Shown here piece by piece: positions 26,190 to 37,293 of a DNA stretch of 38,571 nt. Under the pieces are notes generated by a model, which was given only the letters and a program-made list of their open reading frames with translations, searched no databases and was not told the DNA's origin. Source of the stretch: Lophium mytilinum (lineage: Eukaryota). Within the stretch, counting starts at the first letter, position 1. Each line of letters starts with the position of its first letter. Location of the stretch: contig MU004188.1 of the NCBI GenBank assembly GCA_010093605.1, positions 24,182 to 62,752 on the forward strand. Reading direction: 5' to 3'. A program made the translations under genes and the position numbers.

Positions 26190-26384
26190 CTATATACTAC
26201 CTATATATATAATTTTCTTTTCTATAGCCCTAATTACTTATTGCAAAGTTACGCCGCGCGCTATACCGCTGCAGCCTTAATATTATTACTTTAGTAGTAT
26301 AACCTCTTAAATTAATTATGCAACCTACGGGTACTAATTCCTTTAAGACCCTATTACTAGCCTACTAGCTATCTAGTTAAGAGA

Positions 26385-26800
26385 CCTTTAGGTCTATATA
26401 GCTATATTTTTATAACCTATAGGCGTATAAAATAGTCTATAGACCTACCTAGTTAATAGCCTATAGGCTGCCTAGTTAAATAGCCTATAGGCTACTTATC
26501 TACAGCCTACAGGTTAGCCTAGTCTACGGCCTGCGGGTTAGCCTAGTCTATAGCCTGCGGGTTAGCTTAGTTAATTTACTTAGTATACGGCCCGCGGGTC
26601 TACTTAGTTATACGGCCTGCGGGTATATTTAAATAAGCCTATAAAGTTACCTAGAATTACTAAGAATAAGTAGCCGCTTAATTTCTAGCTTTAAAATAGC
26701 CTTGCTATAGGCTATTATAGACTCTCTATTTTATATAGTCTTACTATAGGCTATTATAGACTCTCTATTTTATATAGTCTTACTATAGGCTATTATATAC
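26385..26800 (+). repeat. Tandem repeats in the 5' leader of C
   Basis: Degenerate units of about 20-25 bp (CTATAGCCTGCGGGTTAGCCTAGT-like, about 26385-26625) and a 39-bp unit x2.5 (26701-26798). Confidence 0.8.
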
Positions 26801-27193
26801 TTACTATATAAACACCCCTTTTCTTATATTATATAGACCTAATAGGCCGCGTAGACTTTTCTATATTATTTACTATACGCTAACCTAACTTAGAACCGGC
26901 CACGTAGCTATTTTAACTAGCCGCCCTTACCCTCTTTCTCTTTCTTACTCTCTTACTTACCTACTACCTATAAACCCTTCTATAAAGCTATAAGAAATTT
27001 ACTTCTATACTATCTAGCGTAACCTATAGGTTAATAGTTCTATATTATTCCGCGTAATAGATAGATTACGCGCTATAGCTACTATTTTCTCTTACTAGCG
27101 TACTGCCCTACTATAAGCACCGCTAAGAACCCTGTTTTTATTAAATCTAAGCCTAACTCTAATAATAACTCTACCTCTAGTAATAATCTAGCT

Positions 27194-29476
27194 ATGTTAG
27201 TCTCTCTATTATAAGCGCGCCTTAAGCGTAAATACTAGTCCTCCTAAGAGGACGAACCTAAATAATTTGCCTAAGACTCTAACGCCCTAGTTAATACTTA
27301 ATTTACGTCCGCTACTATGGGATAGAGCTAGTAAGTCCCCCTTAATAATAATAATAATAAGATTAAAAATGTTAACGGGCCTTCCTTAGGAGCTATTAAC
27401 ACCCTAGAAAAGAAATAAGTTAGTAAAACTCTATTACGCCTTATAGTATAGACCCCGGGCAATTTTATTAAGGACTCTATATTTATTAACTATTCTACTA
27501 TTAGTAAAGATAAGTAACTTAGCCTTATCTAGATTAATAATGTAAATACTTACCTTATACTTATTAAGGCGAACCCTATAAAGTAGTTCTAGATTCTGCA
27601 GGGATATAAGATATAAGCCTAGCGCGAGGAGATTACACGCGAAGACGCTAAGGAGCGCTGCCGCGCACTATAGATTAAGGTTAACCTTAAGCGTAATATT
27701 ATAAAGAAATAGAAAGATATTATAAAAGATAAGAAGAATAAAGTCTAAGAGCTTTTAGAGTAAGTAGAAGAACTGCAGAAGAAACTTATAGAAGCTAAGA
27801 GTAAATTTAATAAGCTTATAGAAGCATCTACTACTAATAAATAAGTCTAAGTCTATAAAAATAAAGTGGCTGCGCAGGAAGTTAAACTTGCTAGTAAAGC
27901 TAATAAACTCCTTTACCTTTTAATAAAGTCTAAGAAGCTTAAGAAAAAGCTAGAGGAGACTAAGGGAAAGCTATAAAAGGCGATAGAGTAGACTAAGTAT
28001 TAGATTAAGAATCTAGCTATATATAAGAATAACTACTATAAAGCTAAGATAGCTTATAAACTTTAAGTAAGTAAGGTAATAAAGCTAGAAAAAGAAGCTA
28101 TAAAGCTTTAACGCTAGATAATTACTACTAACGCTATAGCATCTACTTCTAAATAATAGGCTATACTAGTTAAGACTTCGGCCATAACTTTATATAAGCC
28201 TACCTAACCTAATACTATTAATAGCTTCTTTCCTATAGTATAGCCTCTATTAGGTAATAATAGCTATAATAAGGAGAATCTATATAAGCGTAAGAAGCGA
28301 TCTAAGAAGTAGAAGCGTAAATCTTATTAGAGTAAGCCGCATAATAATAATAACTCTAGTAGTTCTAATAGCTCTACTAGCTTATTTAATTTAGATAATA
28401 ACTGCCGTAGTTATAGTTGTAATAGATACTACTTTAAGCGCTACCGCTTATACTTATATTTGCGCTTAAGATTACACACGCGCAACTATATTGTGGACGC
28501 CCTAGAATTTACCGGTAATAAGGTATAGTATTCTAGCTAGAAGGCTTACGTTATACTTAAGATTTCTAGGGGCGGCTGTAAGTTCTAAAATAACTACCTA
28601 TAGCTTAGATATATAATCTCCTAAATTAAGCTTAACTTAGTAGCGGGATAATATATAATATTTAAATAGATATCTAAGAATAAGCTTATTACTCTAGTAG
28701 ACGCCTAGGCCTTTATAGATAATTAGTTTCTTAACTCTAATATAGAGAATACGGCCTAGAATAAAATCCGCATAATGTTCTAGGAATAAAACAAATTAAT
28801 AGATAATTTCTAGAGCTGTATTACTAAGTAAGCTAATATAATACCTAAGTAGAATAAGAATAATAATATAATAACTGTTATTTAGGAGTAAGGACTTATC
28901 TAGGTAAATAAAGGCGCTATAATAGAAAAGCTGTTTACTAGAACTATAGATATAGTAGCAGCTATACGCCGCTATTAGTGTAATAATAATATATTAATCT
29001 GTATTTATACTATATACCGCGCTAACCTAAATATCTAGCGGGGCTAGCGCGGTAGACGTGGCGGCTATTAAGGAAGCTATAATACTTATAGAGGTTACTA
29101 GTTATAGCGCGGCCTATACCTATATACTTAAGCTTCTTAGTCTAACTAACTACTAGCTATTGCAGCCGCAGGCGTTAATAATACTAATCCGCGTATAGGT
29201 TAGCTATAGGCCCTAGTTAATATCCTAAATAGCTAGAAGCCTCTAGGCGTAATAACTAATACTAAGCGCGCTATACTAAGAGCTAATAGTATCTATTACT
29301 ATTGCCGCATATCTAGTTATAAGAAGGATAACCCTAATTGCCCTATAGCTTAGCTCGTGTCTTAGTGCTCTACTCTACCTCCGCGCCCTAGTTAACCTGG
29401 CGCACTAGCTATTCGCGCTATAAACTTAGCTACTTAGTAAAAATAGGAACATAGCTATAGATAGGGAAATGCCTAG
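27194..29476 (+). pseudogene. gag: gag relic of element C
   Basis: ATG at 27194 is in frame with the zinc knuckle at 29294-29341 and with GGA AAT GCC TAG (stop 29474-29476); K/E-rich coiled-coil segment at about 27650-28130. Confidence 0.85.
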
Positions 29477-32400
29477 CTCTAGATTATAGCCGCGACTTAG
29501 GGCCTATAGTAAGTAGTAGCAACTTAATACTAGTTACACAGTTAATATATAAAGGAATAGTGGGCATAATAAATAAGCTAGATAGACTAAGGCTAGAATT
29601 TATAGATACTCTTAAGATTAGTAAGGCTTTAATTTAGACGGATGTCCCTCTATAGAATAAGTACTATTTAAAGCTTATAGAAGATATTTAGATATATAAA
29701 AATAGTAAGCCTCTTTCTATAATATCTACTCTTTCTCTACTTAATAGTAGAGCTATATATATCTTTATTAATACTACTTACGCGCATACTAATAACCTTT
29801 CTCTTATCCCCCTTGTAAAAGCCTGTACCCTTAAACTTATAAATAGAGGAGCTATTATAAAGAAGATTACTTATATTACGCTTATCTACTTTAATCTTAA
29901 CGGGCATGCTAAATAGTTTAAAGCTTTTATTATAGACCTTAGCCCGGCGTTAATTATCCTAGGTTATAAATGGCTTAAAAAACATAACCCCGCGATTAAT
30001 TAGTAGAAATACTGTATAGATTTCTTCCGCCTATACTATAGGCGTTACTATATAAGGAATAGCTTAATATTAGTATAGAGCCCGTCTTATTACTCTTAAG
30101 CTACTTTCTCCCCTATAGATAATACGGCTAATATATACTATATTTTAGCTAGGCTAACTTACGCCTATATAAGAAAGGGCTAGCTTATAGAGAAACTACT
30201 ACTCTATATACTCTAAGATATTAACGCTAACTATAATATCTTAATATATAATAATAGCATCTAGGTTCTTATTATATAATAGGGCACTAATATACCTAAA
30301 CGCGTTAATATAATTACTATAATAGATATTAATAAGTTTCTTCGCGCCAAGACCTATATAATAAAAGAGGAGATTCTCCGCAAGCTACTAAAGGAATATT
30401 ATTAGTTTATTAACGTGTTTAACTAAATAGACGCTAATACTCTTCCGCCTAATTAACCCGGCGTAGACTATAAGATCTATCTACTTTCTAGTATAGAGGA
30501 AAAGCTTCTACGTGCACAGCTATACTTAATATCTAAGGGTAAACTATAGGTAGTTAAGAAATAAATAGATAATAACCTTACTAAAGGCTTTATTAAGCTA
30601 GCTTAGTCTAATATATCTTCGCTAATCCTTCTTATCTATAAGCCGGGCGGTGGAGTACGCTTCTATATAGACTACCGCGCTATTAACGCCCTTACTATTA
30701 AATTATAGTATTCTATTCTATTAATATAAGAGACCGTAAACTAACTAAGCCACGCTAAATAGTTTACTAAGCTAGATGTTATTAGCGCATTTAATAGAAT
30801 CTAGATAAGGCTAGAAGATAAATATTTTATAGGCTTCGCGACGTAATATAGCGTATTTAAGTTTAAAGTTCTACTATTTAGCCTTATAGAAGGGCCGGCG
30901 ATATTCTAAGGCTATATTAATAACGCGCTCTATAATTATTTTAATAACTTCTACTCTATATACTTAGATAATATTCTAATATACTCTACGGATAAGGATT
31001 AATATAAGAAGTATATTAAGAAAGTGCTCTAATAACTACGCAAGCACGGCCTATAAGCCGATATTAAGAAATTAGAGTTTAGCGTTAAATAGGTAAAATA
31101 TCTAGGCCTAATTATTATAATAAAGGGCATCTAAATAGACCCTAAAAAGGTAGAAGCTATTATAAGCTAGCATGCGCCTACGTGCATTAAGAATATATAA
31201 GCTTTTCTTAGGCTAGCTAACTTCTATTACTGCTTTATCTACGGATTCTTCTATATTATATACCCTCTTACCTTAATAATATAGACTTTAGAGAGTAATA
31301 AGAAGAATAAGAAAGAAAGACCCTAGCCTAAATTTAAATAGATAAATAATTATAAGAAGGCCTTCTAAGTGCTTAAAGACGCTTTTATGTCCGCACTAGT
31401 ACTAGCCTACTTCTAGTATGGTAAGAAAGTCTATATTAAGATAGACGCATTAGATTATATTATTGCTAGTATTATATTATAGATAGGAGAAGACGGGCTT
31501 CTATACCCTATTACTTTCTTCTCTATAAAGATAATGCTGCAGAAGACTAACTATAAAATATATAATAAAGAGCTCCTAGTAATTATTAAGGCCTTTAAAT
31601 AGTGGCGCCCTAAACTTGCTAGTGCAGACCCGGAAGACCTAACTAAAATTCTTATAGATTACTATAATTTGGAATAGTTTATAATAACTAAGTAGCTTAA
31701 TTAATAATAAGTATAGTGGGCGGAGTTTCTTACTAGTTTTAACTTTAAGATTATTTATCGGCCAGGAGTATTTAGTATTAAGCCTAATAGCTTAACTAGA
31801 TGTTTATAGGACTTACTAAAGGGACTAGATAACCCGTGTAACTAGTTCTAATATTAGATAATACTTAAGAGCTATTACTTAGGTCTAGGAGTTACACTAA
31901 TTATTAATAATAAGGAACTAGATAATATACTAGAAGACACTAAATAGATAAGCTATATAATAAGTGGCCTGTTAGCTAACTCTATACTAAGCTTCTTATT
32001 TAAAGAACTTCTATGCTACCTTATACTTAACCTATTACTAGCCGCAAGCCTCTATCTAAACTTCTTCTAGCTCGCTCCCGCCGCTATATAAGAAGATGGC
32101 GCGTTGCCTATAGTAGCGCCTAAACCCGGCGCTAAGCCTAAATAATTACTTAGTAACCTAATTAGTAACGCTTATTAATTACTATTACTACTAGAGGAAC
32201 TAATAGACCTAGCGGTGCACTTACTAATAGCGCTAGTATAGAATAAAGTGCGCACCCTTTCTATAGAACTATAGTAGTTGCTTAGTAATCTTAATATAGG
32301 TGTACTAGAAGTTATTAGTAAAGGCTAGAACGCCCGCCTATACTACTATAGTAGATTATATATTCTAGATTATACTGCGCTATGCCTACGTCTACTGCAG

Positions 32401-34130
32401 GTCTTATATATAGTACTAACTAGCAGTTATCTAGAAAAGCACGGGACGTATAAGCTCCTCTAGAGGTATTACTTCTAGCCTAAAATAATAGATTTAGTTA
32501 AGTAATTTACTAAAGCCTGCTATGGCTGCCGGCGAGCTAAAGCCTCTAGGAGTAAGAAATAGGGCCTACTCCGCAGCCTGCCTATTAGTAAACATTGCTG
32601 GACTAATATTACGTTTAACTTTATTACTAATCTTTTACCCTGTATTAGGAACGGCATTAAGTATACTTCTATTCTTATAGTTATTAACCGCTTATTTAAG
32701 TAGTAATACTATATTCCTATAGCTAGTATAACGGTAAAGAACGTTGCTAATATATTTATCTATAAGATCTTCTATTTATATAGACTACCCTAAAGGATTA
32801 TTAGCAACCTAGATACTAACTTTATCTTAGATTTCTAGCGTTGCGTTTATATACGCCTAGGCGTTAATCTATAGATATTAATAGCGTACTACTCTAAAAT
32901 AGATAGGTAGACTAAGAATATAAACTTATTTATAAAAGCCTTTCTATGGCTATTTATTAACTATTAGTAAAGTAATTAGGTTAACTAACTACCTATTAGT
33001 AAATTTATTATAAATAATATAGTTAATGCCTCTATAGGATTCTTACTATTTTTCTTTAACTATAGGTTCCATCTAAAGTAAGGTATAGAGCTACTAGCTC
33101 TACTAGAATAAGGCTAAGGCCTAGTATACTATACCTGTATAAACCTAACGCTTACTAATTAATATATTACCTACCTATAAGAAGTGCTTATAGAAGGCTA
33201 ATAATAAATAACCTAGGTAAAAGATAAATAGGCTAAGTTTACTAATTACTACTATAACCTACTACCGCTAATAAAGGTGGATAATTAGGTGTAGCTTAAT
33301 GCCTATAATATTAAGACGGAATATAAGAATAAGTTCTTAGACTATAAGAATATTAGACTATATTAGATTAAGAAGGTTATTAACTACAGCGCCGCGTATA
33401 AACTTAAGCTTCTATAGAATATGCTAGCTAAATAAGTTTAGCCGGTATTCTTACTATACCTGCTATACCTTAATAACTCTTAGCTAATTAAAGGTTAACA
33501 ACAACCTAAACCGCCGCCCGTTGTAGTTATTAATAAAGGAGGATAAGAGAATATAGAATACTCTATTAAGGATATTATTACTAGTAGATAGTAATAACGC
33601 GGGCGCTACTAGAAATTATAATATAAGCCCTGGTGGACTAGTTACACTATACTAAGTAATTAGGAGAATTAGAGTTATTTTAAAGGAGAAGGCGCTTAGA
33701 GACTAGTATAGCGTTTCTATTAGCTACACCTACGCGAGGATGGGCCCTATTAGGACTTTCTAAAACTACTAGAAGGATAGTAATATAATAAGGACCTAGA
33801 GTTAAATAATAATAAGTAACCCGCTGCGCGTATAGTGGCCCTACGGCTAGAATTAGTTAAAGTTAATAGCTTAAAGATTATAATGTAAGCTATAAGGTTA
33901 GCTAGCTAATTAAAGTAAGACTAAACTCTTTACTTTAGATTCTCCGCTGTACGGTTTCCGCCAAGTTATTAGAGAAGGTTGTTACCTAGTAACGCCGTAA
34001 GTACGCCGCTATAAGATACTAAGTTTATCTATAATTATAGGTTGTAGTGCAGTGCGCACTAGACTTCTACTAAGTATACTAAGGTTATAAGGCTACTAAT
34101 ATATAGGTAAATACTTACTAACGTTCTAAA
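29464..34130 (+). pseudogene. pol: pol relic of element C (PR-RT-RH-IN-chromodomain)
   Basis: LLNSRA (=LLDSGA) at 29737 and YLDNILIYS at 30961 share one frame; IDALDY at 31441; YNKELL at 31561; integrase ACYGC near 32515; IRLY (=IGPY) near 33352; chromodomain EYSIKDIITSR...YKPWWTSY at about 33556-33740. 3' end approximate. Confidence 0.94.
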
Positions 34131-34132
34131 TT

Positions 34133-34228
34133 TATTATAATTAGTCCTTCTATTATAATTAGTCCTTCTATTATAATTAGTCCTTCTATTATAATTAGTC
34201 CTTCTATTATAATTAGTCCTTCTATTAC
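34133..34228 (+). repeat. 18-bp perfect tandem repeat x5 (TATTATAATTAGTCCTTC)
   Basis: Units start at 34133, 34151, 34169, 34187 and 34205. Confidence 0.95.
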
Positions 34229-34315
34229 GGTTCCGTAGCCTTCTATATACTTACTACGGCCCCGTAACCTTATAGTTTATATAGTTTTTATTTAGAGGAG
34301 GGGTTTCTCTTTCTT

Positions 34316-34330
34316 AAAAGGGGGGGGTAG
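34316..34330 (+). other. Polypurine tract of element C
   Basis: AAAAGGGGGGGGTAG directly before the 3' LTR TGTAAC. Confidence 0.9.
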
Positions 34331-34535
34331 TGTAACGGATCTAGGCCTCTTTTCTAGCTACAAGCCTAGCACGTGCCTAATAGTTACGTGCTTGCTAGAA
34401 ATATTATTATTCCGCTACCGGCGTGCCTCTCTAGATAGATTGCAAGTAGCCTTATACTCTAGCTTCTTATAGTATATCTTATAATATAATTCTACTTCTT
34501 ATTCTATACACCTCTATACTTTACTACCTGTAATA
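34331..34535 (+). repeat. 3' LTR of element C
   Basis: Starts TGTAACGG; direct repeat of 25985-26189. Confidence 0.95.
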
Positions 34536-34540
34536 AGAAA

Positions 34541-35040
34541 TAATTTATATCTAAAGCCGCGGATCTAATTAGTAAGTTCTATAACCTTAACCTAGACGCT
34601 AATAGCTCTTATCTAGACTTTAAACTGAATAAAGATTAGCGCGCGCGCCTTACTAATAATAATAATAATAACCTTGCCGCTAATAATAATAACTTTAATA
34701 ATAATAACCTTACTAATAACTACTTATAATTATAATTACTCTATACTAAACTATATTCTTATCTTTATATAATTACCTCGCCGCACCTCTATACCGCGAT
34801 TAATAGCCTTATATAGTTTATTGCAACTTTACGTATAATAACTATAATAAGATTAGGATTCTTAGCCGTATAAAGTAGGCTAAGCTATTATAACGGGAAA
34901 GCTCTTATAAGTAACGCCTTAAGCACGCTAGCTTCTTATATATTAGTATACAACTAATAATTAGCTAAACTACGCTATATAATTTACTACACTAGATAAC
35001 TAATTTACACCTTTACATTTAAACCCGACAGGGCCTATAA
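34541..35040 (+). pseudogene. pol: Remainder of B pol (end of chromodomain plus acidic C-terminal extension)
   Basis: Reverse complement of A at about 460-925; AAT/AAC runs are consistent with RIPed Asp codons. Confidence 0.7.
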
Positions 35041-35106
35041 TACTATTTTCTTTTTCTTTTCCTTTTTCTTTTTATTTTTCTTCCAGCGTTTTTAAATAGG
35101 GGGTAG

Positions 35107-35349
35107 TGTAATAGATTACACCCTATTCTCTAGTTATATATTTACCCGTTACCGGCCTCCTGCCTCTATACCTATTATATTACCTCGCGCCGCCTACGCG
35201 CTAGCCCGCCTAGCGCCTACGCGCCTCTCTTCTCTACGTATATAGTTTCTACCTAGAAGCCTCTCTTTCTACTTCTTATATAACCTCTTAAAATTAATCT
35301 ACTTAGTTACTTTATATATACTAAGCTCCTCTATACTATAACTATAATA
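35107..35349 (+). repeat. 3' LTR of element B (PPT at 35094-35106)
   Basis: Begins TGTAAT after AAATAGGGGGTAG; direct repeat of 18762-19004. Confidence 0.95.
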
Positions 35350-35899
35350 CTTATACTTTCTTTAAGTTGCTTAAGTATAGTAAGAAGTACTTAGAACTTA
35401 GTTTAAACCCTATAGAATAAGTATCTATCTCTCTAGAGTATAGTATAGTAGCGTTAGAGAATAGTAGTAAGACTATTTTAAAGCTATTTTCTTTTTAATA
35501 ATTCTCTAGAGCTACCTACCGCTTTAAACTACTACTTAATTATTTTAGTTAAGAATATAAGAGCTTCTAGTTANNNNNNNNNNTAATAGTTAAAAACCTA
35601 GGTTAATAACCTAAGTAGATTAGGAAAAACTATAGTAAACTATTAGAGTTAAACTAATATATTAATACTAATATAAATAAACTAGTTTTTAATATTATTA
35701 TAAGTTTAATACTTTAGTTATATACTATAGCTACTAGTAAACTACTATATCTACTATATACTATCTAGGTAACATAATATAATTAAATTTGCAGCACCTT
35801 AGAAATATAACCTAAGAAGGGCCTCTAGGGGCTACTTAAGGCCCTATAAATATTTACACGCAGTATTAGAGCTCTATAAGCTATGCTAGCAGCGTTATA

Positions 35900-35936
35900 G
35901 TAGAATTATATATTATAACCCCTATTATATAGTATT

Positions 35937-35969
<33 letters not shown>

Positions 35970-36889
35970 ACTAATAATACTAATAATAATCCTAAAACTA
36001 AACCTACTAACTAAAGACTAAGTAGAATATCTATACTAATATCTAAGCGCTTATTAAAGAAGCCTATAGTATATAGAACTCCCTATAGAATAAGCCTATA
36101 TTCTCTAACCCTAAAATAAATAATACTCTTAAGTACCTCTAGAACTTTACTAGGCGTATACTAGCTAGCCTCTTAGGTACTATAGAGGACCTATAATAAA
36201 CGCTATAAAGAAAGATAATAAAGATAATAGAAAAAATATAGAAGGGTATATAGGTACTATCTATATAAGAAATAACCTATACAGTAGTAATAGTAGTAGA
36301 AAGAAATAGTAAAACTATAGAAAATAGAAAGTATATAATATAGACTACCTATAAAATTACTATATATATTAAGAATAAGAAGAAACGCGCCATAATAAAT
36401 AAGAACTTAAATATAACTATTATCTATAAGCTTTAAGTAGTAGAAGAGCCTAATATAATAAAGATCTATAGTATTAGAAAGCTCTAAAGTAGAGATATAA
36501 AGGCCTATATACTAAATATAACTACTAAGAAAGCCCTATTAAAGAAGAAGGAATAGATAAAGGTTCTAGGTAAAATAGTATAAATCTAAATACCTAAGGT
36601 CCTCCTAGAGGTGCACGGAGTACCTAAAGAAATAGACCTAGAGAATCTAATACTATAAAGTAATATTATATAAGATAATAAGGTACTATATCTAGGCCTA
36701 GCTATATATAAAATTATATAGAAGCACCTAAATTAAATCTAGGCTATTAGAAATAACCCTAAATAGCGCGCTTCTTTAGCTATAGTTACTATAGGTATAG
36801 AGGTAATAGTAAATAAGATTATAGATAGCAGGCTAGTATAGAATAGATATATACTAAAGGCTATAAAGTATAAAATAGGCTTTATAGCT
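35900..36889 (+). mobile_element. Tad1-clade LINE ORF1 (gag-like) relic, truncated by an assembly gap
   Basis: Frame reads RKL*SRDI (=RKLQSGDI), E*IKVLG, EVHGVP (about 36608-36625), DNKVLYLGLAI..I*K, ASLAIV...VNKIIDSRLV*NR; this motif series is typical of fungal Tad1-like ORF1 upstream of the CCHC knuckles. Start approximate. Confidence 0.75.
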
Positions 36890-37293
36890 NNNNNNNNNNN
36901 NNNNNNNNNNNNNNNNNNNNNNNNNNNNNNNNNNNNNNNNNNNNNNNNNNNNNNNNNNNNNNNNNNNNNNNNNNNNNNNNNNNNNNNNNNNNNNNNNNNN
37001 NNNNNNNNNNNNNNNNNNNNNNNNNNNNNNNNNNNNNNNNNNNNNNNNNNNNNNNNNNNNNNNNNNNNNNNNNNNNNNNNNNNNNNNNNNNNNNNNNNNN
37101 NNNNNNNNNNNNNNNNNNNNNNNNNNNNNNNNNNNNNNNNNNNNNNNNNNNNNNNNNNNNNNNNNNNNNNNNNNNNNNNNNNNNNNNNNNNNNNNNNNNN
37201 NNNNNNNNNNNNNNNNNNNNNNNNNNNNNNNNNNNNNNNNNNNNNNNNNNNNNNNNNNNNNNNNNNNNNNNNNNNNNNNNNNNNNNNNNNNNN
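36890..37293. other. Assembly gap (a further 10-N gap lies at 35574-35583)
   Basis: Run of N. Confidence 0.99.

Larger units (their letters stand above)
25985..34535 (+). mobile_element. Full-length Ty3/Gypsy chromovirus C (different family) nested in B
   Basis: 205-bp LTRs at 25985-26189 and 34331-34535 (TGTAAC...TGTAATA); TSD AGAAA at 25980-25984 and 34536-34540; the flanks rejoin to match uninterrupted copy A (about 910-960, minus). Confidence 0.96.
18762..35349 (+). mobile_element. Ty3/Gypsy chromovirus copy B (same family as A), interrupted by element C
   Basis: 243-bp LTRs at 18762-19004 and 35107-35349; TSD CTTAC (18757-18761) and CTTAT (35350-35354, CpA-type RIP change); PPT before the 3' LTR; gag and pol motifs. 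Confidence 0.96.

Noticed and set aside
26190..26200. Self-priming PBS for element C (TATACTAC vs ATAGCACG in the LTR)
   Set aside because: It needs several assumed RIP reversals and cannot be supported from this copy alone.
35939..35990. (AAT)n microsatellites (also about 760-815, 27343-27360, 34654-34710)
   Set aside because: Low-complexity codon runs homogenised by RIP inside TE ORFs; not independent features.
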